DNA from: an uncultured Actinomycetes bacterium
Lineage (GTDB): Bacteria; Actinomycetota; Thermoleophilia; UBA2241
Reading direction: 5' to 3'
NCBI GenBank assembly: GCA_963709345.1
Contig: CAVPVX010000010.1
Location: forward strand, 160,001-224,000
DNA length: 64,000 nt
Made by a program: the position numbers and the translations under genes. Positions 41,010 through 50,763 of the stretch are shown piece by piece; position 1 is the first letter of the stretch; each line of letters begins with the position of its first letter. Under the pieces are notes generated by a model, which was given only the letters and a program-made list of their open reading frames with translations, had not been told where the DNA came from and searched no databases.

Positions 41010-41095
41010 GGGCTCAGTCTACGCTCGCAGCCCCAAGGTGCGAAGTCGCCGTTGGCCGGACCGGCGCGGCCGGCTGCGTGGCCGGAGCGGCCGCG

Positions 41096-41794
41096 TCAGA
41101 GCCGCGAGCGGAAGACCTTGACCTCGGCGGCGTACCAGTCGCCGGCGGCGTTCTTCTGGCCCGTGTAGTCCTTGAAGAAGCGCGACTTGTTGGCGGTCGC
41201 GTGGCCGACGACGTCGGTGGTCCTGATGCCGAAGCGCGCCTTGAGGTAGCGCACGAGCTTGAGCCCGGCGCGGATCTGCTTGTCGCGGTTCAGGATCTGC
41301 CGGTCCATCCAGTGGCCGTCCTTGCCGGACCGCGTCTCCTGCACGAACTCGATGCCTATCGACGTCCAGTTCATGCCCACGCAGTGGCGGCCGCGCAGGT
41401 TCAGCGGCATGCACTGGTAGATGGCGCCGCCCTTGCCGATGATGAAGTGCGCCGACACGCCGGGCTTCTCGCCGCCGTAAGCGGTGTTGGCGTTGAAGGT
41501 GTTCCAGGCGCTCTGCCAGTAGGCGCCGGCGGTGTGGTGCAACACCACGGCCTTGGGCTTCGTGAGCTTGTAGGTGTTCTGGTGGTAGCGGCGCTTGCTG
41601 TACTTCGCCGCCTGCGCCTTGCGCGTGTCGCCGAAGCGGATGTACTTCTTGACGATCTTCGGCCGGAGGCTCGCCGCGTCGGCCGCGCCGGCGGCCGCGG
41701 GGGTGAGGGCGGCGAAGGTCGCTGCGCCGAGGAGCAGCGCCGAGAGAGCCACGAGGATCGCGGTGGGCTTCGTCGTGGGCGTGCGTAATCTCAT
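41096..41794 (-). CDS. Secreted N-acetylmuramoyl-L-alanine amidase (Amidase_2)
   Basis: Signal peptide; VVLHHTA, VSAHFII, HCVGMNWTSIGIE, VVGH. TATACT lies 6 nt before ATG 41794. Confidence 0.85.
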   Translation of the reverse strand: MRLRTPTTKPTAILVALSALLLGAATFAALTPAAAGAADAASLRPKIVKKYIRFGDTRKAQAAKYSKRRYHQNTYKLTKPKAVVLHHTAGAYWQSAWNTFNANTAYGGEKPGVSAHFIIGKGGAIYQCMPLNLRGRHCVGMNWTSIGIEFVQETRSGKDGHWMDRQILNRDKQIRAGLKLVRYLKARFGIRTTDVVGHATANKSRFFKDYTGQKNAAGDWYAAEVKVFRSRL

Positions 41795-42025
41795 GCAGTC
41801 AGTATACGACGAAGAGGGCGAGCGGCCTCCGATCGGCCGGCAGGCTCCGACAGGCCGCATTCGGCGGTCCGCTTGCGTTCGCGGTCTTCCGTCACTCACC
41901 TGGACTACGATTCACGGTCCCACCAGTCCGTGTCCGTCCTTCGAGAGACCCGGCGATGGGGGCGGTCACGGGTCCCGGCGCCGGCGCCGCCATCCCCTGG
42001 ACTGCGCGAGGAGGAGGGACGAGAG

Positions 42026-43815
42026 ATGGATTCCCCGGAGCGGCTGGCGGAAGCGGCGTGGATCCACAAACTGGGGCCCGAGGCGGAGACGCTGTTCACG
42101 AGGGGGAGCGAGCCCGAGCCGTACGTCCGCAGCGGCGTCGTCGACCCTGTCGTCACCCTGCTGCGGCGCGGGCAGAGCGTGGCTCTCGTCGGTCCTGTCG
42201 GGGTCGGGCAAGCGCTCCCTGGCGCTGTCGCTGCGCCGCTCGGAGGCGTGGAGCGACGAGGTCCAGCCCACGCTCTCCTTCGACGTCGCCGATCGCCGCA
42301 TCCGCACTCGTGGCCGGTGTACTGCACGACCACGCAGGCACTGGATCGCCGGGTCGTTCTACGTCGGCAATCTCGAGAACCGCAGTCGACATGATGCTCC
42401 GCCGCGTCAAGAAGCCGGCCGTCGTCGTCTTCGAGTCGGTGCACACGGCGATCGGCGCCTGGCAGGGACGCGGAGACCGGCTCGACCTCGTCGACCTGCT
42501 CGTCGCCGTGGTCACCCACCCCCGTCTGCGCATGGTGGTCACGACGACGCCGGACGGCTGGGCGCAGCTCGCGCGAGCGCAAGCCCGACTTCGCGGCGCA
42601 GTTCACGGTGGTGGAGACGCCTGCGCCGAGCGTGGCCGAGTCACGGACGATCGCCGCGCAGGATCTGGCGCGCCGCGGCGTCGACGCGCCCGCGACCGCA
42701 CTGGCTGTCGACGAGGCCTTCGCCCTCGCAGGCCGCCACTTCCCGGCGGAGCCCTCTCTCGGACCGGCGCTCAGCTTGCTGCGCGGCGCGCTCGCCGGGC
42801 CGGGCGGCGTCGGTCTCGGCGACATCCGCGCGGCCTGCGCCGCGCAGCTCGGCCTGAAGAGGTGCTGGGTCGGCAGGGACGTGGTTCCGGGTTCGGCGGA
42901 CGGTCCTCGCCCGTCTGGAGGAGACGGTGCTGGGGCAGCGCGACGCCTGTGCGGCCGTCGTCGACGACCTGACTGCCGCCGTGTACGGCCTCGCGTCGCC
43001 GGGCCGGCCGCGCTCCTACGTCTTCGCCGGGCCTCCCGGCATCGGCAAGACCAGCCTGGCCTGCGCTCTGCAGCGGGTGCTCGGCGGCTCGGACAGCGAG
43101 CCGCTCCGCTTCGACTGCACCGAGCTCGTCGCTCCCAGCGACGCCTTGCGTCTGCTCTCCACCGACGAGCCCGACTCGCTGGTGGTCGGGCTGGTGGAGC
43201 GTCCCGGCGCCGTGGTCCTCTTCGACGAGGTCGACCGCGCCCACCCGTTCGTCCGGGGCCTGCTGTACCAGCTCCTGGAGGGCCGCATCACGACGCGCGA
43301 GGGCACCCTCGTCTCGAGCGCCAACGCGACCGTGATCATGACCACCAACGCCGGCGACGGGGCCTGGATGCGGACCGGCCGGGAGGCGGGCGAGACGGGG
43401 ACGCCGGGTGGAAGAGCAGGCGCGGGCGGCTACGCTGCGCGCCTGCGCCGAGGTGCTCGGCGACGCCATCACCTCGCGCATCACGCGGCTCCTCGTCTTC
43501 CCGCCGCTCGGCGACTCGGCCGGCCGCTCCATCGTCGAGCTGGAGCTCGAGCGCTTCGTCGGGCGGCCGGACCTCAGGGAGCGCGGCGTCACGGTGAGCG
43601 CCACGCCACGCCTCGTCGACGCGCTGGCTCACAGCGGCCTCAGCGGCCGGAGCGGGGCGCGCGGCGTGCAGAAGGCCGTCTACATCGCCGTCGCGATCCC
43701 CGTGGCGCGGCTGATCAACGAGCAAGACGTGCGCCGTAGCCGGCTGGTGGTGGACGCGATGACGGCCGGCGAGGAGCTCGAGGGGGTGCGTATCGAGATC
43801 GAGCGGTGGAACTGA
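42026..43815 (+). pseudogene. ClpA/B-like double AAA+ ATPase, multiply frameshifted
   Basis: First Walker A (VGPVGVG-K) is broken by an indel. Second module: LGQRDAC, FAGPPGIGKT, LFDEVDRAHP, QLLEGRIT, IMTTNAG, SRITRLLVFPPL, GARGV, spread over several frames. Confidence 0.7.
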
Positions 43816-43986
43816 GGCGGAGGCGCGTCGCAGCGCAACGTCCACCTCCGCAAGCGGCGAACGGCGCCCGGTAGCGGAGCTCTTGGCGCAGCGCCTGCCG
43901 TCGCGTGGCCGCATGCTGACCGCATGGACGCGGAGCCCGCCTCACGGCCCCCGGGTATACTCGAAGCGTCGATATCGGGGGCTCAC

Positions 43987-44211
43987 ATGACCAGCATCAA
44001 GGTGATCGTCGAGAAGCACGAGGACGGCTACGTCGCCTACCCGCTCGGCCTTGGCGGTGTGGTCATCGGGCAGGGAGACAGCTACGAAGCGGCGCTTGCC
44101 GACGTGCGCTTGGCGATCGAATTTCACATCGAGACGTTCGGCGCTGAGGCCCTGACGGCGGAATCACCTGTGCTCGAGGCGTTCGTCGCCGAGGCGACCA
44201 TCGCTGGATGA
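43987..44211 (+). CDS. hicB: HicB-like antitoxin (short, no DNA-binding domain)
   Basis: VIVEKHEDGYVAYP...GQGDSYEAALADVRLAIEFHIE. Confidence 0.8.
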   Translation: MTSIKVIVEKHEDGYVAYPLGLGGVVIGQGDSYEAALADVRLAIEFHIETFGAEALTAESPVLEAFVAEATIAG

Positions 44212-44453
44212 CCGGCAGGTTCCCCGTCGTCGCGCCGCGAGCCAGGGTCCTTGCCGCCCTGCGGGCACTCGGCTTTCGTGTCGTGAGACAGGGCGATCAC
44301 GTCGCCATGATCCGTGAGAACGCCGACGGCACCCGCACTCCGCTCACCCTCCCCGCGCACTCCACGATCAAGAGCTCCACTCTACGCACGATCTGCACGC
44401 AGGCGAGGATCCCCCGCGAGGAGTTCGTGACCGCATACCGCCGCTCGAAGTGA
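44208..44453 (+). CDS. hicA: HicA family mRNA interferase toxin
   Basis: LRALGFRVVRQGDHVAM...LTLPAH..IKSSTLRTICTQA; ATGA overlap with hicB. Confidence 0.82.
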   Translation: MTGRFPVVAPRARVLAALRALGFRVVRQGDHVAMIRENADGTRTPLTLPAHSTIKSSTLRTICTQARIPREEFVTAYRRSK

Positions 44454-44554
44454 CGTGACCGGAAGCATCGTGACCGACGGCAGGACCGGCCGCCGGGATG
44501 AGCCGTGAGAGCTGGCACGGCCAGTCTGACCCGCCCTCGTCAGCGCCCGTCGGC

Positions 44555-45340
44555 CTACAGCCGCCGCAGCGCCTTGTTCACCTGTTTCACGTCCATCCCG
44601 CTGCGCATGCTCGACGAGTACAGGATCCGGATGGCGGCCGCGTCGTTCTGGCTCCAGTTCGTCACGGAACTGGCGTAGTAGAGGACGCTGCGCCGCTCGT
44701 AGCTCCGCCCGCGGAAGTGGCCGTTGAAGCCGAGCGCGTGTGTCAGCTCGTGGATCACGGTGGCTTTGCGCTGCCCTTGCGATCTCATGGCTCCGGCATC
44801 GACCTTGATGTCGGCGCTGATCAGCCCCGGCGGCCCCACGTAGTACTGGGTGGCGCAGTTGCCCACCGAGTCCGTGTCGGCGATGGTCTGGCGGTAGTCG
44901 CCGTGCGAGAGATACTCGATGGTGATCTCCGCCTTCCCGTCTACCACCACGAATCTGACCGCTTCCTGGATGCGGTTGAGGCGGCGCGTCAGCGTCGTCA
45001 CGTAGCGCTGCATGCCGGGCCCGCCGCTGTTCAGGATGTCGATCCTCACGCGGCGCCTGTCCCACCGGGCCAGAATGCCGGTGAGCGAGCCCGGGCCATC
45101 GGCGTCGGCGAACACCATGCGCGTGAAGTAGCGGCGGAACCACGCCTTGCGCGCGACGGTGCGCGTGTACCGGGGGAGGGAGGACACCGAGACCGCTCGC
45201 GTGGGCCGCCCGTCGCCGGATCCGTCGGTTCCGCGCAGCCACGTATCTGCCCACTGCCCCGGCCAGCCGAAGAAGTGCACGGCGGCGCCGGCGATGACGA
45301 CGACCAAGATGATGGAGACGAGGTTGCGGATGATGCGCAT
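44555..45340 (-). CDS. Membrane-anchored metzincin-like zinc metalloprotease (matrixin/DUF2927-like)
   Basis: N-terminal TM; IHELTHALGFNGH (HExxHxxGxxH); SVLY; DAAAIRILY. Confidence 0.72.
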   Translation of the reverse strand: MRIIRNLVSIILVVVIAGAAVHFFGWPGQWADTWLRGTDGSGDGRPTRAVSVSSLPRYTRTVARKAWFRRYFTRMVFADADGPGSLTGILARWDRRRVRIDILNSGGPGMQRYVTTLTRRLNRIQEAVRFVVVDGKAEITIEYLSHGDYRQTIADTDSVGNCATQYYVGPPGLISADIKVDAGAMRSQGQRKATVIHELTHALGFNGHFRGRSYERRSVLYYASSVTNWSQNDAAAIRILYSSSMRSGMDVKQVNKALRRL

Positions 45341-45443
45341 GGGCTCAGGGGGTCGGCAGAGTTGACGGTGATGGCGGGATCGATCCCGTCCTCGAGTATA
45401 CGACGTGTTCGGAGGGCGGGTCGGATGCGCCGTCTGGCTGCCG

Positions 45444-47540
45444 TCAGCCCAGATTCTCGATCGTGACCGGCTCGATCGCGTCGGCTGGCGTGAATCCGAA
45501 CACGCGGCCGTAGAAGTACAGCTCGGCCTCCTGCGCGCGGATGATGTTCTCCGCCTTGCGGAAGCCGTGCTGCTCGCCCTCGAAGGCCAGGTAGGCGTAC
45601 GGCAGCCCATTGGCCCGCATCGCCTCGACGATGATCTCGGCCTGTCTGGGCGGCACGATCACGTCCTCCAGCCCCTGCAGCAGGATCACCGGGCAGGTGA
45701 TGCCGTCCACGTGATGGATGGGGGAGCGCTCCCGGTACACCTCGCGCCGCTCCGGATACGGACCGACGAGGCTGTCGAGGTAGCGCGACTCGAACTTGTG
45801 CGTGCCGCCGGTCGCGAACATCTCGAGGTCGGCGAGGCCGAAGAGGCTTGCGCCGGCGTTGAAGAAGCTGTGGCGGGTGAGCGCGTTGAGCGTTGTGTAG
45901 CCGCCGGCGCTGCCGCCGCGCACGCCGACGCGGGCGGGGTCGGCGTCGCCGCGCGCGACGAGGTACCTGGCGGCGTTGATGCAGTCGACGGTGTCGACGA
46001 CGCCCCAGCGGCCGCGCAGCCTTTCGCGGTACTCGCGGCCGTAGCCCGTGGAGCCGCCGTAATTGACGTCGACGACGGCGAAGCCCCGCGAGGTCCAGTA
46101 CTGCACGTCGAGGTCGAGCATCGCCTCGTGCGCGGAGGTGGGGCCGCCGTGGCTGATCACCAGCAGCGGCGGCCGCTCGCCTGCCGGCGCGGCGAAGTCG
46201 GGGTTGGCCGGCGGGTAGTGGTTGGCGTGAGCGCTGAGGCCGTCGTCTGTTGGGAAGACGATCGCCTCCGGCCGGCTGATGTACGACGGGTCGATAGGCG
46301 CCGGGCGGCCGCGTCGCACCACTTCGCAGTCGCCGCGCGACGGGTCGAGCACGGCCACCTGCAGGCCTTCGGTGTGGCTCCCGGCGATGAGGCCGACGCG
46401 GTCGCCCAGCGGTGTGAGCGAGTAGACGACGGTGTAGGCAGTCTCGAGTTCGCGGAGTCGGGCTGCCGGGCTGCCGGGCAGGCCGTTCTCGAGCACGGCG
46501 AGGTGGTCGCGGCCGCCCTCGGTGAAGCAGACCACGAGCGTGCCGTCGTCCAGAGCCACCGAGTGCTGCAGGCCGAAGACCCAGGGCGCCTTGGCGAACT
46601 CGGCGGCGAGCGGGGCGAGCGGGCGCGCCGGCCCTCGCGCCGCAGCGTCGGCGTCAACCACGTAGAGGTTCCACCAGCCCGTGCGGTCGCTGCTGAAGAG
46701 CAGATCGCCTGCCGGGCTCCAGAAGGGCTGGATGACCGACTCTCCGTCACCGCCGGCGGTGAGTCGCTCGCCGCGCAGCGCGCCGTCGCCGGCGAGGTCG
46801 GCCGTCCACAGCTCGGCTCCGTCCCACGGCATGAGCGGGTGGTCCCAGCTCAGCCACGCGAGCCGCGATCCGTCCGGGCTGAGCCTCGGCGCCGCGTAGA
46901 AGTCGCGCCCGCCGGCGATCGTGCGAGGCGGAGCGGACCCGTCGGTGGGCAGCGAGACCAGCTCGTTGACCACCGAGCCGTCGGCCTCATGACGCTCGCG
47001 CACGCAGATCGCCACGCGCCCGTCCGGGGTGGCGCGCCCGTCGGCGTAGCGGTGGGCGCGGGCCGCCGCCGACTCCGGGGTGATGGGCTGCGGGTCGGTC
47101 CATCGGGCTTTGGCCTCAGGCGCCGCGACCAGATCCTGCCGGTAGAGCCGCTGGTCGGCCTGATCGCTGAAGAGCACGCTCTCGGCGCCGCGCTCGTTGC
47201 GAAAGGCGGCGTACATGCCGCCGCCGTACTCGTGCACGAGCGTGCGAGCGCTGACGCCGGGCGGAGTGACGTCGGCGATCTCGCCGCCCGGCCCGCGGCG
47301 GACGACCGCGTAGCGGCCGTCCTCGAGCGGGCGCAACTCCACCCAGTACAGACTCTCGCCGACGCTCTGCGGCCACATCGTGGCGACGCCGCCCTCGGCG
47401 ATGAGCCGGGCGGTGACGGGTGACCGCCAGGAGCCGTACGGCGCGACGCATGGCCGGGCCCCCTCGCCGGCGGCCGGCTCGCGGCTCACACTCGCCGGCC
47501 GCTTCTTGTGGTCGCTCATCGCGCTCCCCGTTCGGCTCAT
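45444..47540 (-). CDS. S9 family (prolyl oligopeptidase-like) peptidase
   Basis: APYGSWRSP, HGGPT, VNYGGSTGYG, GGSAGG, QGLED, EQHGFR. Start may be ATG 47519. Confidence 0.92.
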   Translation of the reverse strand: MSRTGSAMSDHKKRPASVSREPAAGEGARPCVAPYGSWRSPVTARLIAEGGVATMWPQSVGESLYWVELRPLEDGRYAVVRRGPGGEIADVTPPGVSARTLVHEYGGGMYAAFRNERGAESVLFSDQADQRLYRQDLVAAPEAKARWTDPQPITPESAAARAHRYADGRATPDGRVAICVRERHEADGSVVNELVSLPTDGSAPPRTIAGGRDFYAAPRLSPDGSRLAWLSWDHPLMPWDGAELWTADLAGDGALRGERLTAGGDGESVIQPFWSPAGDLLFSSDRTGWWNLYVVDADAAARGPARPLAPLAAEFAKAPWVFGLQHSVALDDGTLVVCFTEGGRDHLAVLENGLPGSPAARLRELETAYTVVYSLTPLGDRVGLIAGSHTEGLQVAVLDPSRGDCEVVRRGRPAPIDPSYISRPEAIVFPTDDGLSAHANHYPPANPDFAAPAGERPPLLVISHGGPTSAHEAMLDLDVQYWTSRGFAVVDVNYGGSTGYGREYRERLRGRWGVVDTVDCINAARYLVARGDADPARVGVRGGSAGGYTTLNALTRHSFFNAGASLFGLADLEMFATGGTHKFESRYLDSLVGPYPERREVYRERSPIHHVDGITCPVILLQGLEDVIVPPRQAEIIVEAMRANGLPYAYLAFEGEQHGFRKAENIIRAQEAELYFYGRVFGFTPADAIEPVTIENLG

Positions 47541-47633
47541 GCGCGAGGCGGGCGCGGGCGACTGGAGGGGCCATCCGCGCCCGCTCGCCGTGCCCGCTGG
47601 GCGGGCGGCTCTGCCGCCGCCCCGCCCCGCGGT

Positions 47634-47879
47634 CTACTTCACCCTGATCGTGTAGGCGCGCGAGATGCCGGCGGCGTTGACGGCGCCGCCGGGGAACCAG
47701 GCGCGCAGCACGTGAGTGCCCTTGGGCAGACGGACGCCGCCCCTTCCGTCCTTCACGCTCACCGTCTTGAAGTCGGCCCAGCGCCCGCCGGTCTTGCGCT
47801 GCAGCCGGGCCTTGCCCGCGGCGGCGCTCGGCCTGACGTGCACCTCCAGCGGGATCTGCTGAGGCGTAGTGGCGCTCAT
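47634..47879 (-). CDS. Small hypothetical protein, or remnant of the C-terminal beta-sandwich domain of a secreted protein
   Basis: VRPSAAAGKARLQRKTGGRW..FKTV...HVLRAWFPG; coding-like codon usage; no signal peptide. Confidence 0.4.
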   Translation of the reverse strand: MSATTPQQIPLEVHVRPSAAAGKARLQRKTGGRWADFKTVSVKDGRGGVRLPKGTHVLRAWFPGGAVNAAGISRAYTIRVK

Positions 47880-48135
47880 GGTCGTGAGCATGTTGCCGTT
47901 CAGCGGTGCCGGCCGCGCTGCGCGAGCGACGAAACGACAAGAATGGGATGACATGGTCCCTCCCAGTGCTCCACGTGCGGCGGCCTGCCGGCCGCCGCAC
48001 AAGCAAATATCGTACACCCGGGAGCAAGCCGTCGATCGCGGCGGGGGCCTGTCGGATGGTAGACGTATCGGCGGCCGGGCGCCCGGCCGCCCGGCCGAAC
48101 GGCGGCGAGTCCTCGGCCGCCGCGGAGGCGAGCCG

Positions 48136-50565
48136 TCAGCCGCCGCGATGCTCGATGCGGAACACGTGGTGCCGGTTGGCGCCGCGCTCGCAGTCGAAGG
48201 CGAGGGTGGAGCGCGAGGAATCCTTGACGTCGAGGCCGGTGAGCTCCGCACGGTCGAGGTGGAAGTTGCGCGCGTTGGTGGCGAAGAGCAGGGTGCCGCC
48301 CGGGGCCAGGAGGCGGCGGGCGGTGAGGCGGATGAGGTCGGCGTGGTCGCGCTGCACGTCGAAGGTGGCGCGACCCATGCGCTTGGAGTTGCTGAAGGTC
48401 GGCGGGTCCAGCCAGATGAGGTCGTACTGGCCGCCCGCCTCGGCGATCCAGCGCAGGCAGTCGGCCTGCACGAGGGTGTGGGGAGCCGGCGGGGCGCCCG
48501 CCTCACGAGCGCTGCCGTCCGGCGGCGGCCAGACCTCAGTGACGGTTTCGAACCCGTTCGCGGCGAGGTTGCGCCGCGCCCAGTCGAGGTAGGTCGCCGA
48601 GAGGTCCACGCTCGTCGATGAGGAGGAGCCGCCGGCCAGGGCGTTGACCGTCATCGCCCCGGTGTACGCGAAGAGGTTGAGGAAGCGGCGGCCGCCCGCC
48701 ATCCGGCGGACGAGGCGTCGCGTGAGGCGCTGGTCGATGAAGAAGCCGGTGTCGAGGTAGGTGTCGAGGTCGATGAGGTAGGTGAGGTCGTCCTCGGTGA
48801 CGGGAAGCAGGGCGCTGCGGTCGGCGCGGCGCTCGTACTGGGCCGCGCCGCGCTGCCGACGCCGCTGTTTGAGCACCACGTGGTCGGGCGGCGCCTGGAG
48901 CACGGCGCCGATGACGTCGAGCGCCTCGGCCAGCCGTCGCTCCGCCTTGGAAGGGTCGATCTCGGGAGGAGCCGCGTACTCTTGTACGTGCACCCGTTCG
49001 CCGTAGACGTCGACGACGAGGTTGTACTCGGGCATGTCGGCGTCGTAGAGGCGGTAGCAGGTGATGCCCTCGCGCTTCAGCCGTCGTCCGAGGCGGCGCT
49101 GGTTCTTGCGCAGGCGGTTGGCGAGGTACTCCGCGCCGCCGCCGAGCATGCCGCGATGGGGCTGGACGCCTGTGGCGGGCTCGGCAGGCGGGCGCTCGGC
49201 GCGTCCATCGGCCGGCGTGCCGCCTGCCTGCGCAGGGGCTGCTACGGGTGCGCTCGCTGAGGAGGCATTGGGCGCTTCCGCGGGGGCGGCTTCGGACGCC
49301 CTGGGAGCCGCCGAGCGCACGGCGGCGCGCGCGCTGCGCGGCGCCTCGGCCGGCGTCTGCGCGCCGGCCTCGCAGTACGCGAGAAGGCAGGTCAGCGGCC
49401 CGTTGCGCAGCTCCGTCTCGCGCTTGGCCGTGAGCCCGAGGGCCTTGATCTGCCGGCGGCCGCCGGCGAGGACGGCCGCGCTCCATCCGGGGAAGGCCGT
49501 GCGCAGCCGCTCGCCGAGCAGCCGGTAGACGGCCTCGGCGTCGGCGGTCTCCGCGAGACGCTCGCCGTACGGCGCGTTGGTGGCCAGCAGGCCGTGGGTC
49601 GCCGGGGGCAAGGCGGTTGCCAGGTCGGCCTGCTCGATGACGACCAGGCCTTGCAGGCCGGCGTTGGCGACACAATCGCGCGCCAGCTTGACGGCGTGGG
49701 CATCGCGGTCGGAGCCGCGGATGAGCTGGCCGGGACGCGCCGTCGCAAGGCGCTTGAGCCCGGCGGTGCGTCGCTCGCGGGCCTCCGTCACGATGCTCTT
49801 CCACAGCGCTGCGTCGTGGCCGAGCCAGCGCAGGAAGCCGAACGGCGGCGCCTTCGCCTGCGGGCTCGAGGGCATGTCGGCGCGGATGAGCCCGGGCGCG
49901 ACGTCGGCCGCCATGAGGGCCGCCTCGATGGGCAGCGTGCCCGACCCGCAGAGCGGGTCCAGCAGGCTGCCTCCGGAGGCGGCCTCCTTCGGCCACGCCG
50001 CGTAGAGCAGCACGCCGGCGGCGAGGTTCTCCTTGAGCGGCGCCTCGACCTGCACCCTGTCGGTGCGGTAGCCGCGCCGGTGCAGGCTCTGGCCGCTGAG
50101 ATCGATCGAGATGGTCACGCGCTCGCCGGCGAGGCGCACGTTGACGCGCACGTCCGGGGCGCGCGGGTCCACCGACGGGCGCCCCCCCGTCTTCTCGCGG
50201 AACTGGTCGACGATCGCGTCCTTGACGCGCACGGCCCCGTAGCGGGTGTCGCGGATGGTGTCGCTCACCCCGGCGAAGTCGACGGCCAGCGTCCCGCCTG
50301 CCTTGAGGTGGAGCGACCAGTCCACGCCGAGCGCCGTCCGATAGAGTTCCTCGCCGTCGCCCGCGGGGCCGTTCTTGACCGGCAGCAGCACCCGGCCTCC
50401 GACGCGGGACCAGAGACAGGCGCGGTACGCGGTCTCGAGCGAGCCCGTGAACGACACGCCGGCGCGGACCTGCTTGACGCGTGCCGCGCCGAGGTCGCGC
50501 AGCTCGCCTGCAAGCAGGGACTCGAGACCGCGAGGGACGGTGACGAAGAGGGGGAGGTCGCTCAC
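48136..50565 (-). CDS. rlmKL: Bifunctional 23S rRNA m2G2445/m7G2069 methyltransferase
   Basis: THUMP domain, SLHRRGYR, APLKENLA, DPLCGSGT, YRLYDADMPEY, YLDTG, FLNLFAYTG, DPPTFSNSKRM. Confidence 0.93.
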   Translation of the reverse strand: MSDLPLFVTVPRGLESLLAGELRDLGAARVKQVRAGVSFTGSLETAYRACLWSRVGGRVLLPVKNGPAGDGEELYRTALGVDWSLHLKAGGTLAVDFAGVSDTIRDTRYGAVRVKDAIVDQFREKTGGRPSVDPRAPDVRVNVRLAGERVTISIDLSGQSLHRRGYRTDRVQVEAPLKENLAAGVLLYAAWPKEAASGGSLLDPLCGSGTLPIEAALMAADVAPGLIRADMPSSPQAKAPPFGFLRWLGHDAALWKSIVTEARERRTAGLKRLATARPGQLIRGSDRDAHAVKLARDCVANAGLQGLVVIEQADLATALPPATHGLLATNAPYGERLAETADAEAVYRLLGERLRTAFPGWSAAVLAGGRRQIKALGLTAKRETELRNGPLTCLLAYCEAGAQTPAEAPRSARAAVRSAAPRASEAAPAEAPNASSASAPVAAPAQAGGTPADGRAERPPAEPATGVQPHRGMLGGGAEYLANRLRKNQRRLGRRLKREGITCYRLYDADMPEYNLVVDVYGERVHVQEYAAPPEIDPSKAERRLAEALDVIGAVLQAPPDHVVLKQRRRQRGAAQYERRADRSALLPVTEDDLTYLIDLDTYLDTGFFIDQRLTRRLVRRMAGGRRFLNLFAYTGAMTVNALAGGSSSSTSVDLSATYLDWARRNLAANGFETVTEVWPPPDGSAREAGAPPAPHTLVQADCLRWIAEAGGQYDLIWLDPPTFSNSKRMGRATFDVQRDHADLIRLTARRLLAPGGTLLFATNARNFHLDRAELTGLDVKDSSRSTLAFDCERGANRHHVFRIEHRGG

Positions 50566-50763
50566 CGCGCAAGGCTACCACGCCTGTGACGGCGGCGTGG
50601 TCGTGTCACCGTCGTACCTCCGTCGGCGTAGCCGCTTCGGCGGCCAACGGCCGCGTGGGATGCAGGCATTCAAGCCCGCGCCTAGAATCGACGAAGAAGA
50701 GGGTAACACCCGCCTGGGTGACGAGGCCAAGTCGCGCCGCGCGGGTTCTTCGGGGAGGTAGCC

